A stretch of DNA of 64,000 nucleotides from Spirochaetia bacterium (GTDB taxonomy: Bacteria; Spirochaetota; Spirochaetia; DSM-2461): assembly GCA_963668315.1 (NCBI GenBank), contig OY764216.1, positions 3,264,001-3,328,000 of the forward strand, read 5' to 3'. Positions 51,089-60,149 of this stretch are shown here, one piece after another (positions within the stretch are counted from its first letter, which is position 1; each line of letters begins with the position of its first letter). The notes under the pieces are model-generated. The model ran no database searches. It was not told the DNA's origin and saw only the letters and a list, made by a program, of their open reading frames with translations. Made by a program: the position numbers and the translations under genes.

Positions 51089-51191
51089 CAAGCATTTGAA
51101 ACTGACAAATCTTTTTGTCATGCAAATTGCGTTTCGCAATTTACACGCCAAACCCTGCGGGACAGATTTGCAGCTTAAATGGGCGTTATCT
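51083..51191 (+). other. attC site 4
   Basis: R'' GGCTAAC containing the stop, arms CATTTGAAACTGACAAATCT / AGATTTGCAGCTTAAATG, R' GTTATCT. Confidence 0.82.
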
Positions 51192-51326
51192 ATACAAAAG
51201 GTAACAACCATAGACCAACCCTACAATTAGAGAAGGACATTATGCTGAGCCCACAGGGTAAACCAGTACTTTAAATATTTAAGTTGGAATTCCCGATTCA
51301 TGATAATATGAAAAGGGAGAAAATCA

Positions 51327-51629
51327 ATGAAGAGAAAATTCGATGAAGAGTTCAAAGCGAAAGTAGCACTGGAAGCGTTAAAGGAAGAAAAAACTCTTCA
51401 GGAACTGGCTGAGGAATATGAAGTACATCCGAACCAGATCAGTATGTGGAAAAAACAGCTTATGGAAAATGCCAGTTCCCTCTTTGTCCGAAAGAATAAA
51501 AAAGACAAAGAACTGGAAGAAATGAAGAAAAAAGAGCAGGAACTTTTCAAGCAGCTGGGTGAAGCTAATTATGTGAACGAATTTCTAAAAAAAAAGTACA
51601 AACAACTATACGGGAAGGATTACAAATGA
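51327..51629 (+). CDS. IS3 transposase OrfA
   Basis: [10 protein letters not shown]...[21 protein letters not shown]. Confidence 0.9.
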   Translation: MKRKFDEEFKAKVALEALKEEKTLQELAEEYEVHPNQISMWKKQLMENASSLFVRKNKKDKELEEMKKKEQELFKQLGEANYVNEFLKKKYKQLYGKDYK

Positions 51630-52459
51630 TAGAGCCGGATCATAGGAAATTGTCTGTCCGGAAGCAATGTAAAATTCTCAATGTCAGCAGGACGGCTTAT
51701 TACTATGATCCCAAACCGGAAGATCGGAAAGATATAGAAGAGAAGATTCGCCTTAAAGAACTTTTCATTCAGATCCCATTCTATGGTTATCGAAAAATGG
51801 CTGAGGAATTGAATTCAGAAGGCTATAATACAAGCAGAAAGCGAGTTCGCCGTCTTATGAGAGAATTAGGCTTACGGGCTATTTCTCCCAGAAAATTTAC
51901 CTCTATCCCCAATAAGCAGAATCCCATCTATCCTTATCTTTTAAAGGGAAAAAGAATCCGCTATCCCAATCAGGTTTGGGCCACTGATATCACCTATCTT
52001 AAAATGGATAAGGGATTTGCCTACCTTGTAGCCATAATGGACGTCTGGAGCCGTAAGGTATTAACCTGGAAGATCTCTACTACTTTGGATTCTGAGTTCT
52101 GTATCGCCGCCGTAAAGGAAGCTATGGATAAATATGGAACGCCGGCGATCTTTAATACGGATCAGGGGTGTCAATTTACTTCATATGCTTTTTTGAAACC
52201 GCTCCAGGAAGCGGGAGTCAGAATCAGTATGGATGGTCAGGGAAGCTGGCGTGACAACATCTATGTGGAACGTCTTTGGCGTAGTTTAAAATACGAGGAT
52301 ATCTATCTCCGATCCTATGAGAATGTCCGGGAGTTGAAGAAAGGGATACAGAAATACTTTCGCTTCTACAACGGGAAAAGATTTCATCAGGGGCTTGGTT
52401 ATTTAACTCCTGATGATGTTTATGAGTCCTTCCAGATTGGGAAGGATCAGGCAGCTTGA
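51626..52459 (+). CDS. IS3 transposase OrfB (DDE)
   Basis: [33 protein letters not shown]. Confidence 0.92.
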   Translation: MIEPDHRKLSVRKQCKILNVSRTAYYYDPKPEDRKDIEEKIRLKELFIQIPFYGYRKMAEELNSEGYNTSRKRVRRLMRELGLRAISPRKFTSIPNKQNPIYPYLLKGKRIRYPNQVWATDITYLKMDKGFAYLVAIMDVWSRKVLTWKISTTLDSEFCIAAVKEAMDKYGTPAIFNTDQGCQFTSYAFLKPLQEAGVRISMDGQGSWRDNIYVERLWRSLKYEDIYLRSYENVRELKKGIQKYFRFYNGKRFHQGLGYLTPDDVYESFQIGKDQAA

Positions 52460-52519
52460 TATCGGAGGATTCCACTTATTAATTTTGAAAAAGTGGTTTG
52501 ACACGAGGGCTCATCATAG

Positions 52520-53320
52520 ATGGGTGGATTGCAAGGACGCTTTCCTGATCAAATATATAGGAAACTATTTCAATCTACATTAAATATATCAGTCTCTAAT
52601 GGAACTACAAACCAAACAGATAACTTTGTAAAGAAAATATTTCGCAATGCACTTCAAGACGAAGGTATTTATGATACTAGAAATACTTCTAATTCATGTA
52701 ATCTATGGGTGAATAAGGCTAAGGCAAATCCATGGTATCTAAAAAAAACAGTTTGTCGATTTGCCTTATTCATTTCATTTAATGATGCAGCACCAGATTT
52801 AACACAAACGAATGAAGGACTTTTTACTAATGGTATGGCTAATTCAGCTAATATGCTCAATTGTCAATCATGGCATTCAAGTGATTTTGAAGTTATTGAG
52901 CATGTAGCAACACGAGATCAACCAAGTGTAACTAAGTTTCCTACTCATTTCGATACTTCTATATATCCAGGAAATACCTCGGTCGTGGATAAAATTGGAA
53001 ATCTCACGTTATTATCTACACCAGTAAACTCTTCTATCTTTTCTGAATGGCCAGATAAGGTCTTTTATTATTGGAGTTTGACTATGCCACAAAATACGGT
53101 AACGGGACCAATCGGTGCTACACTACAGTCCTCATTAGGTATCACAAACCTTCCACCAAGTCTCTCCACTCTTACTGCAGCTTCTAATTATTTACCTCAC
53201 TTGGCTCCTTTAGCTTTTCGGGGAGTAAAAGGGTTGAAATGGGACTCTGCATTTATTGACAGACGTTCTGAGCACTTATGTGAAAGAGTATTTAATGAGA
53301 TGGATAATTGGCTGAAATGA
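52520..53320 (+). pseudogene. sspE: SspE-like effector, 3' part (DUF1524/HNH-like nuclease domain)
   Basis: IEHV...IGNLTLL...N motif; in frame with the 5' part once the insertion is removed. Confidence 0.82.
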
Positions 53321-53430
53321 GATAGCTGTTGAATAATTATTTACGAGAAAGTTAACTTTGACAGATATGGTATTTCCTGTAGAATTACATAATGTGATAA
53401 TCTAAAGAGGTCATTATGAAAATTATAGTA

Positions 53431-55248
53431 CTATTCATTTTGGTGCTTGAAATACCAGACCCTTTGACTGCTTAGTTCTATCTTAATCCGCCAGAATTCC
53501 CCCGGCTTTAAGTCGGGGGAATCATGAATAAAGAATGTCACTTTTCCAGACAATTTATGGATTTTGATTTCATCAACTTCATTTATATCACCATAAAGCA
53601 AACCGGCCACTCCAACATACATTCGTAATACGGGATCAAGCGAATCTAATTCATCACGTTTTAGATATAATGCCTGATCATCTAGCGTTCCAATCCTTTT
53701 ATCTTGATTAATGACTACACAGCGCTCTTCAATTTCTCTTGAATCGCCTATTTTAAATAGTTCTGTTAATGATTCTTGTTGACCCGCTTTATAGGATCCA
53801 AAAAAGGTTTTCATGTCTTTTTGAAGATTTATGCTTAACTGAGTAAAAGGTACTTTCTTTTTAAAATTGGCTAACCCTAAATAGACAATAAGGTCTTCTC
53901 TTCTATTTATATAAGCTTGCTGTAAGCTTTCCTGGCCATAGCGCTCGATAAACCATTCCTGCAATCTTCGACCATTGAGTTTTATGTTATCTTTGAGATC
54001 TCTACCTTCAGGATATTCCTTATCGCTTGGTTCTCTTCCCAGAAAGAGAAGCTGTTCCCAATAAGCTTCCAAAGATTCTTTAAATTGTTGATACAGAAGA
54101 TCCTTTTTAACTGCATCTCTTGCGTCTTTTGATGGATAAATATGAAGGTTAAGTTGGTTCCAATTTACCTTTCTTCTTTGTCTTGTAGAAAGAAAATCCT
54201 GAGCATCCTGTTCATTGGGAAATAAGAAGAAAATCCCTGGTGATACGGCATGGGCGGAATGATTCAGAACTTCTTCAATAAGATCTTGCACTTCTTCATG
54301 TTTAAAGTATTTTTGGAATGTCCCTCGACTTGTGAGGAAGCCATCACGATAGGGACGGATATCTTTCGCTGTAGGAGCCGTATCTGTAACAACCGCAATG
54401 CATAGGATCTTATTCGTTAATGAGAAGGCTTTTTGAATAGCCTCTATGCGTTCTGAGGGATCTTCAATAACATTTAGTACAAACCCTAGATTAACAACAT
54501 CAGATTTAATGAGAGGCGTTTTTGGGGCATAGACCGGATCCCAACCTATTGCCTGGTATCCATTATAATCTAGGGCTCTTACATCATCTCCAAGACCGCA
54601 GCCGTAATCTAAAAATGATTGATTCTTACAGAGTAGATTGTGTTTTAGGAGTAACTGTAAAGGCCTAGAAAAATCTGATCTTGACATAGCTGTTTTATGT
54701 CTATCAATTATTTCTTTCTGTTTTACTTCTTTTTTGGGGGCTGAAAATCCTTCTATTAGAGTATGTCCCTGATATACTAATCCTTTTTCTGCAAGAAGCT
54801 CATCCCAGAATTTTTTGAAACCAATTTTCTTCGATTGAGCATAACAGTCATATTCCTCTAGTTTTTTTGTAAGTTCTAACCATTCTGAATATTCTGATCT
54901 TGACGGTGAAATCATCGTCTCTTTTCGATGGAGTATAGGTGGGTTTTCCTGTTTAGAGTAATCTATCGTTCGGTTTTTTCCTGTACTTAAATCAATGGTA
55001 TAGGATTTCTTTAGTGAAGGGTGAGGATCGCTAAAAAAATCCGGATAATTTAAGAAGGAGACTTTAAACTGGTCAAAGAAGAATTTTATTAGCGTTGTTT
55101 CATTCGGCTGTCCTATAGGTTCAAGAAGTTGAGTAAGAAGGGGAGACTCATTACAAAGGTCGGGCCATAGGATGTATAGGTTTTTACCGACTTTCTTCCC
55201 GAAGGGGAGAGATTTTACTGCAGAGAGATAATCTTCAAAGGAGAGCAT
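53431..55248 (-). CDS. DNA phosphorothioation-associated putative methyltransferase
   Basis: NPPILHRKE, RHKTAMSR...SRP, LDYGCGLGDD, GWDP, NLGFVLNVIEDP, TSRGTFQKYF. Confidence 0.85.
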   Translation of the reverse strand: MLSFEDYLSAVKSLPFGKKVGKNLYILWPDLCNESPLLTQLLEPIGQPNETTLIKFFFDQFKVSFLNYPDFFSDPHPSLKKSYTIDLSTGKNRTIDYSKQENPPILHRKETMISPSRSEYSEWLELTKKLEEYDCYAQSKKIGFKKFWDELLAEKGLVYQGHTLIEGFSAPKKEVKQKEIIDRHKTAMSRSDFSRPLQLLLKHNLLCKNQSFLDYGCGLGDDVRALDYNGYQAIGWDPVYAPKTPLIKSDVVNLGFVLNVIEDPSERIEAIQKAFSLTNKILCIAVVTDTAPTAKDIRPYRDGFLTSRGTFQKYFKHEEVQDLIEEVLNHSAHAVSPGIFFLFPNEQDAQDFLSTRQRRKVNWNQLNLHIYPSKDARDAVKKDLLYQQFKESLEAYWEQLLFLGREPSDKEYPEGRDLKDNIKLNGRRLQEWFIERYGQESLQQAYINRREDLIVYLGLANFKKKVPFTQLSINLQKDMKTFFGSYKAGQQESLTELFKIGDSREIEERCVVINQDKRIGTLDDQALYLKRDELDSLDPVLRMYVGVAGLLYGDINEVDEIKIHKLSGKVTFFIHDSPDLKPGEFWRIKIELSSQRVWYFKHQNE

Positions 55249-55284
55249 GATTAATTTTATATCTTAGTAGTTGATTTGTGAAGA

Positions 55285-55767
55285 TTAATTATTAATAATT
55301 CTTGGAGGCCAATAAATACCTGAAACATTTAAACTACTCCATATCTCTTGTTTATTATCCCCAGAATAAGAAGGAGAAAAATAGTTATCTATATCTTGTA
55401 TAAATATATCAAAATCTTCTTTTTCCTGATTGTTCCATTCATGTAATTTCTCAATTACAATTTCTAATGTATCATTATCCCCAGATATTTTATAAACAAA
55501 ATGGAATTTGTAATCGATCTGTTCATAGAATCTTCCTTCAAGCTCAATGTTTTGAAAAATATTCTTGCCTAATTTAATTTTTGATTCTTGAATGAAAGTT
55601 GACCAAATACTACTAACATAAAAAGATTCCCATGATTTTAAATTGTGATAAAAATCTTCTTCAAAATCAGTGTAATCGTCATATTTTTTTGAAAATTTAG
55701 TTTCTGCAAGATTCATCATGTTTTCAAATATTTCAGATAATGCTATTACAAAATATGGTTTGTTCAA
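55285..55767 (-). CDS. Hypothetical protein (160 aa)
   Basis: AT-rich ORF with GGAG RBS and TTG start, co-oriented with the methyltransferase. Confidence 0.6.
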   Translation of the reverse strand: MNKPYFVIALSEIFENMMNLAETKFSKKYDDYTDFEEDFYHNLKSWESFYVSSIWSTFIQESKIKLGKNIFQNIELEGRFYEQIDYKFHFVYKISGDNDTLEIVIEKLHEWNNQEKEDFDIFIQDIDNYFSPSYSGDNKQEIWSSLNVSGIYWPPRIINN

Positions 55768-55811
55768 AATAATTCTCCAAAAAATAAATATAGATATATA
55801 TAACTAAAATT

Positions 55812-56438
55812 CTATAAAGTCAAAATCTTTTCAAAAACAAGTTGATATATTCCTTGAGGCATATCATTAACAATATGATCATATGTTCCAGTACTACTGT
55901 AATAGTAAAAATATAGAAAAAACCATTCAAAGAAATTTACTCCATTATGGTATAATTGATCTAATCGCTCTATTTGATCGGTTGAACTTATATATTCATG
56001 ACTTTGTATATCCAATAAAGATCTTCCATATTTAGTAAAAGTAATACCTTTTTTTTCATATAGAGAAATAAGGGCGTTTCTTTTTCTTCCATCCTTTAGT
56101 TTCAATATATTTTCATATAATTGATTAAGATCATTAATCGTGTCATTTTTATCATTAAAAAGATAAGTTAAATAAAACGCAGCAGAAAATATAAACATTT
56201 CTATAGGAATATATGTTTTAGGTATGAAGCTTATTTTTAATGCAAGAAGAAATCCACTTCTCGAATTTGGGGCAGAGTTTAATTCTGATTTTAACGCATC
56301 GAATTTCTCAAAGGATGTATAATTTTTCCATCCTTCTGAACTTGTATCGAAAATGGATTTCCATCCTAATCTAGTTATTTCTTTATGCTCCTCTAGAACC
56401 TCTTTTAACTCGTTACTTAATTCGTCGGATTTATTCAT
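55812..56438 (-). CDS. Hypothetical protein (208 aa)
   Basis: AT-rich ORF with AGGA RBS; no recognised motif. Confidence 0.6.
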   Translation of the reverse strand: MNKSDELSNELKEVLEEHKEITRLGWKSIFDTSSEGWKNYTSFEKFDALKSELNSAPNSRSGFLLALKISFIPKTYIPIEMFIFSAAFYLTYLFNDKNDTINDLNQLYENILKLKDGRKRNALISLYEKKGITFTKYGRSLLDIQSHEYISSTDQIERLDQLYHNGVNFFEWFFLYFYYYSSTGTYDHIVNDMPQGIYQLVFEKILTL

Positions 56439-56677
56439 TTATTTTCCTAATTATTTGAATGTTGCACATATAAATTACAGAGAAACAATACCATAAATGA
56501 TGATATGTATAAATCATAATAGTTCTTTTTCTATACTTATCTTCCTCTTTTTTTCATTAATTGATGAATATCGGATTAGTCTTTTTTTGTTCTCTATAAG
56601 AGCGTTCTTTTATCGAACCCCTTAAAATTCCATTTTTACAAATACTCTCGTTATAAACAAGGATATTCTTAAGCCGC

Positions 56678-56702
56678 TGTAATTTCTAACATTATCCTGA
56701 CC
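56678..56702 (+). repeat. Orphan transposon terminal repeat
   Basis: TGTAATTTCTAACATTATCCTGACC, 24/25 identical to the end at 56949. Confidence 0.8.
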
Positions 56703-56948
56703 ACACCCTATGCCCGGAAGATAAAAGAGGCTGATCATGTATTTACGGAAATCCCCTTTATGCTGGAGAGGAAGTATCATGGGCAGATAGATCTGATTCT
56801 TGAAACGGAAGCAGAGCTGCTGATACTGGATTTTAAGAGCGACCTTCTGCGGGAGAGAGCCGATGAAATCAAGGCTCATTACCAGCGGCAGTTAGGTTTG
56901 TATGTCGATGCGCTGGAGGAGCTGGTTGAGAAGCCTGTGAGAGGGTAG
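56703..56948 (+). pseudogene. AddA/RecB-type PD-(D/E)XK nuclease C-terminal fragment (continues at 63020..63073)
   Basis: EIPF...GQIDL...ILDFKSD...YQRQLGLY. Confidence 0.7.
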
Positions 56949-57050
56949 TGTAATTTCTCACATTATCCTGACCAAATCTTTTCACGTCCAGTTAGTCCAT
57001 TTCTCACACCCAAATAAACATCCCCGCCGTCACCAACAGGGATGCTTTTC

Positions 57051-57857
57051 TTAAAGAATCAGTTCTGTAGAAGCCATCCGGACATGCTCCGGAGAGACCG
57101 TGTGCTGCTCGTCCATAACAGCCGCCAGCATGGCCGTTTTTGCAATGAGATTGGCGCGGCGTAATATCCCGCCGGAACTCTGATGTATGGCAAAGACCGT
57201 CTCTGCCGGGAATATATTCTGTTTCAGTCCAGCCAACTCCAGGTGGTGTTTCAGGTATTCCTCCATCACCTCTTTCTTAATTGCTTCCAGATGGTTTCGC
57301 CCCAAGACCCGAGAGGCTAAGGGCCGAGCCGCCGATGTCATCAGATGATCCATGAGCCCCTCCTGGCCGCAGAGAATTACCGGCATAACAGGCCTGGAGT
57401 CATATTCGAATTGGAGAAGCGTATGAAGTTGTGAAAAAACATTGCTCTTGAAGAGATGGGCCTCGTCAATAATAAGAATCGGGGTGACATTGCGGGAGGC
57501 GATTTCACTGATCTGGTCCCGAATCAGTTTGACCATAAAGGCTATCTGATAGGAGGAAAACTCCACTCCGAAAGCCAACAGAAGATGGCGGTAGAGTTCC
57601 ATCAGGCTGTACTGCCCGCCGATCAGGGAGATGATCTGATACTCGCTGGTTCTGAACTGATGGGCCATATATCGCAGAGAGGTCGATTTTCCCGATCCCA
57701 CGTCGCCAGTAATCAGGGAATTGGCTTTCTGTTCCACAGCGAAGGTTACCCGCTGCTTCAGAGGGGCTAAAGCGGGAAGCGGGTAGAGATCCCTGACGGG
57801 AATATCCTGCAGAAAGGGTTCTTTCTTTAATCCGAAAAAATGCCGGATACTTTCCAT
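57051..57857 (-). CDS. ExeA-family AAA ATPase (transposition helper)
   Basis: FGLKKEPF, GDVGSGKS, IIDEAH, LCGQ. Confidence 0.88.
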   Translation of the reverse strand: MESIRHFFGLKKEPFLQDIPVRDLYPLPALAPLKQRVTFAVEQKANSLITGDVGSGKSTSLRYMAHQFRTSEYQIISLIGGQYSLMELYRHLLLAFGVEFSSYQIAFMVKLIRDQISEIASRNVTPILIIDEAHLFKSNVFSQLHTLLQFEYDSRPVMPVILCGQEGLMDHLMTSAARPLASRVLGRNHLEAIKKEVMEEYLKHHLELAGLKQNIFPAETVFAIHQSSGGILRRANLIAKTAMLAAVMDEQHTVSPEHVRMASTELIL

Positions 57858-59122
57858 CAGAACCCCCCTCTTGTTTTCTCAAAGAGAGATCCACTTTTGG
57901 GCGAGACCGATGTTTGTTCCCGGTGGACACGGCTGTTGCTCTGCTGAGTCAACGTCGAGAGAAATCCCCGGGACTCGTTATCCAGGAAGACTTCTATCCG
58001 ATTATAGTTCTCATACCGGAGAGTCACCTGGAGACCGATCAGCCCCAGGGGGGCTTCAAAAAGATGGCCGTCCAGTTTGACCGTTCTGTCATTATTCACT
58101 TTCCTTACGGCTCTCTTTCGAAAATACCGGGGAAGATTATCCGGAGCTTTCCTGAGGTAACCGGCACCCTTGATATACCGGTTGATCGGTTCCTGCCCTG
58201 TACCACCGTGCTTTCTGTTATGATACTGTTCCAGAAAGGCTATGAAACATTCGTTCAGCACCTCCAGGGTAAGTTCCTCCGGAAGTTCCGACAGAAATTG
58301 GGATCGGACCGTACGGAAGAACCGTTCAATCTTCCCTTTTCCCTGGGGACGATAGGGTTTGGCAAAGGAGAGTCCGATTTCCAGGGAAGAACATCCCAGT
58401 TGAAGCTGATGGGCTTTGAAGGAGGGGCCGTTGTCCACATAGATCTTTCGGGGCAGGCCCCGTTTCCGCATCCCCGTCCAGAGACAATCCAGATAGTTAT
58501 CCAGATTCTCCGCCAGATAGAACTGGCCATGGGGTATGAGCCGTGAATGATCATCTATGATGGCAAAGAGATAGCTTTTTCGGAGGCTGCCCTCATGAAA
58601 AACACGGGGGCCATGCATACAGTCCGATTGCCACAGATCATTGGGCATCTGTACCTCGAACTTTCTCATATCCTCCTTCTTCCGGGATGACTTCATCTTA
58701 TATTTCTTCAGTAGCCGGTAAACCGTAGCCAGGGAAACATCCGACTCCGGAGGAAAAGCTCCTTTCATTCGAGCCATTTCCACCAGACGGGGGACGGATA
58801 CTTTGGGATATTCCTGCCTGAGGCGGAAAAGCGTATCGATAGCTTCATTATCCAGGCTTCGGGTACGGCCCCGGTCTCCCCGGTCCTCCGGATAGAGGGC
58901 TTCGATTTTCCGTCCTCCCTCTTCATAACGGCGCAACCAACCGAGTATTGTGGCCTTGCTGATGTAGGTTCTATCCGAAAAGGGGATTTCCCATTCCCGA
59001 CTGACCAATTCCCGCAAGATCCGGGTTTTCTCTCCCCAGTTTTCCTGCACACGACATTCCACCAGGGGGAAAATCACCCCGAAACGGAAGACGGCTATTT
59101 TCTCTTTCTTTTCCTGATCCAT
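57857..59122 (-). CDS. DDE integrase/transposase (rve + Mu-like C-terminus)
   Basis: WQSDCMHG, IIDDHSR, YVDNG, QGKGKIERFF. Confidence 0.9.
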   Translation of the reverse strand: MDQEKKEKIAVFRFGVIFPLVECRVQENWGEKTRILRELVSREWEIPFSDRTYISKATILGWLRRYEEGGRKIEALYPEDRGDRGRTRSLDNEAIDTLFRLRQEYPKVSVPRLVEMARMKGAFPPESDVSLATVYRLLKKYKMKSSRKKEDMRKFEVQMPNDLWQSDCMHGPRVFHEGSLRKSYLFAIIDDHSRLIPHGQFYLAENLDNYLDCLWTGMRKRGLPRKIYVDNGPSFKAHQLQLGCSSLEIGLSFAKPYRPQGKGKIERFFRTVRSQFLSELPEELTLEVLNECFIAFLEQYHNRKHGGTGQEPINRYIKGAGYLRKAPDNLPRYFRKRAVRKVNNDRTVKLDGHLFEAPLGLIGLQVTLRYENYNRIEVFLDNESRGFLSTLTQQSNSRVHREQTSVSPKSGSLFEKTRGGF

Positions 59123-59153
59123 TAACGGCTCCTTACAAAATTCTCACTTAAAT

Positions 59154-59465
59154 CTAAATCCGTAAGGGCCGGGTTGTCACCGCAAAAGGCAGGTAGGGAC
59201 TTTGGGGAAGGTAGGTTATATCATGATAATTCAGACGAAATGTCACTTGTTTTTGATTCATGAGCGCTGAGGAAATCTCCGGCCAGTTCTGAGTCCGCTT
59301 ACTCTGGAACCAATAGGCCTTCATCCAATACTGCTGGCATTGTCGGGATAGGGAGAGGTTATAGGTTTCTCCCCGGAGTTTCTGCTCCAGGCAAGAGTGA
59401 ATCGTCTCCCAGGGATATTGAAAGCCGGGAGAATAGCCCGGTGGTCTGACAGTATGGACGGCACC
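59154..59465 (-). pseudogene. Zn-finger accessory gene of the outer element, 3' part
   Basis: GAVHTVRPPGY...SRQCQQYW matches the paralog 59633..60121. Confidence 0.8.
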
Positions 59466-59632
59466 TGTAGAATCCAACATTAATCTATCAGATTATTCTA
59501 TCAATATTCCACAATAAAATATTTTTATACTTCATTTTCACAAAATAAATTATCGATAAAAAAGGGATAGCCTATTGTTCCTGCAAGAACGGCTATCCCA
59601 ACCCATAAATCATAATTTATTTTCGGACGGAT

Positions 59633-60121
59633 TTGGCTGTCCTTAAAGAGAAACATAAGAATTATGTCTGGAGGAAACCAAGAAGATGTCCTTCCTGCCA
59701 AAGTTTCAGGATCTGGGGGCATGGTTATGTACTGCGTTATTTCGACGAATTTCCGGAAGGACTCTACCTCAAAAGATTCCGCTGTCCCGAGTGCGGAGCG
59801 GTACATACGGCCAGGCCTGTTGCATATTTCCCCAGGTTTCAATCAACCGCTACAGAAATTTATCGAAGCCTTTCTCATAAGTTAGAATCCCATACCTGGT
59901 TCACATCCTTCAGCCGTCAAAGGCAGCAATACTGGTATCGGGGACTGATGAAACAAGCTGCTATTCAGGGACTGAATTTTGATCTCTCCCTTTTCCTTTC
60001 AGACAGCGTTCAGAATCGGTTCTGCTTCCCCTCACATTCGATAAATCATGATGTGAAATCGGTAGCTCTCTGCATGACCTACCTTAGCTTTGCAGTGACA
60101 ACTAATAAAATACCGCCTTAA
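59633..60121 (+). CDS. Zn-finger accessory protein (DUF6431-like); start uncertain
   Basis: CPSC...WGHGY...RFRCPEC. Confidence 0.7.
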   Translation: MAVLKEKHKNYVWRKPRRCPSCQSFRIWGHGYVLRYFDEFPEGLYLKRFRCPECGAVHTARPVAYFPRFQSTATEIYRSLSHKLESHTWFTSFSRQRQQYWYRGLMKQAAIQGLNFDLSLFLSDSVQNRFCFPSHSINHDVKSVALCMTYLSFAVTTNKIPP

Positions 60122-60149
60122 ATGGAAATAAAACGTTTTAGGAGGTTTT

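Larger units (their letters stand above)
43497..52518. mobile_element. IS3-bounded composite transposon (9022 bp) carrying an integron cassette array
   Basis: Directly repeated IS3 copies at both ends; GAT duplicated at 43494-43496 and 52519-52521; removal restores the sspE frame. Confidence 0.88.
51241..52518 (+). mobile_element. IS3-family element, intact right copy (1278 bp)
   Basis: IRs TATGCTGAGCCC... / ...GGGCTCATCATA; orfA + orfB with an A9G slippery run at 51587-51596. Confidence 0.92.

Noticed and set aside
46059..51191. Intergenic repeats as a CRISPR array or REP elements
   Set aside because: They are ~100-bp imperfect palindromes separated by whole genes with R''/R' boxes, which fits attC; there are no short spacers or cas genes.
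43497..52518. A complete integron
   Set aside because: No tyrosine recombinase or attI was recognised anywhere in the window.
41959..53320. ORFs 41959..43530 and 52520..53320 as two independent genes
   Set aside because: They rejoin in frame across a GAT duplication; the last residues of the first ORF are IS-derived.
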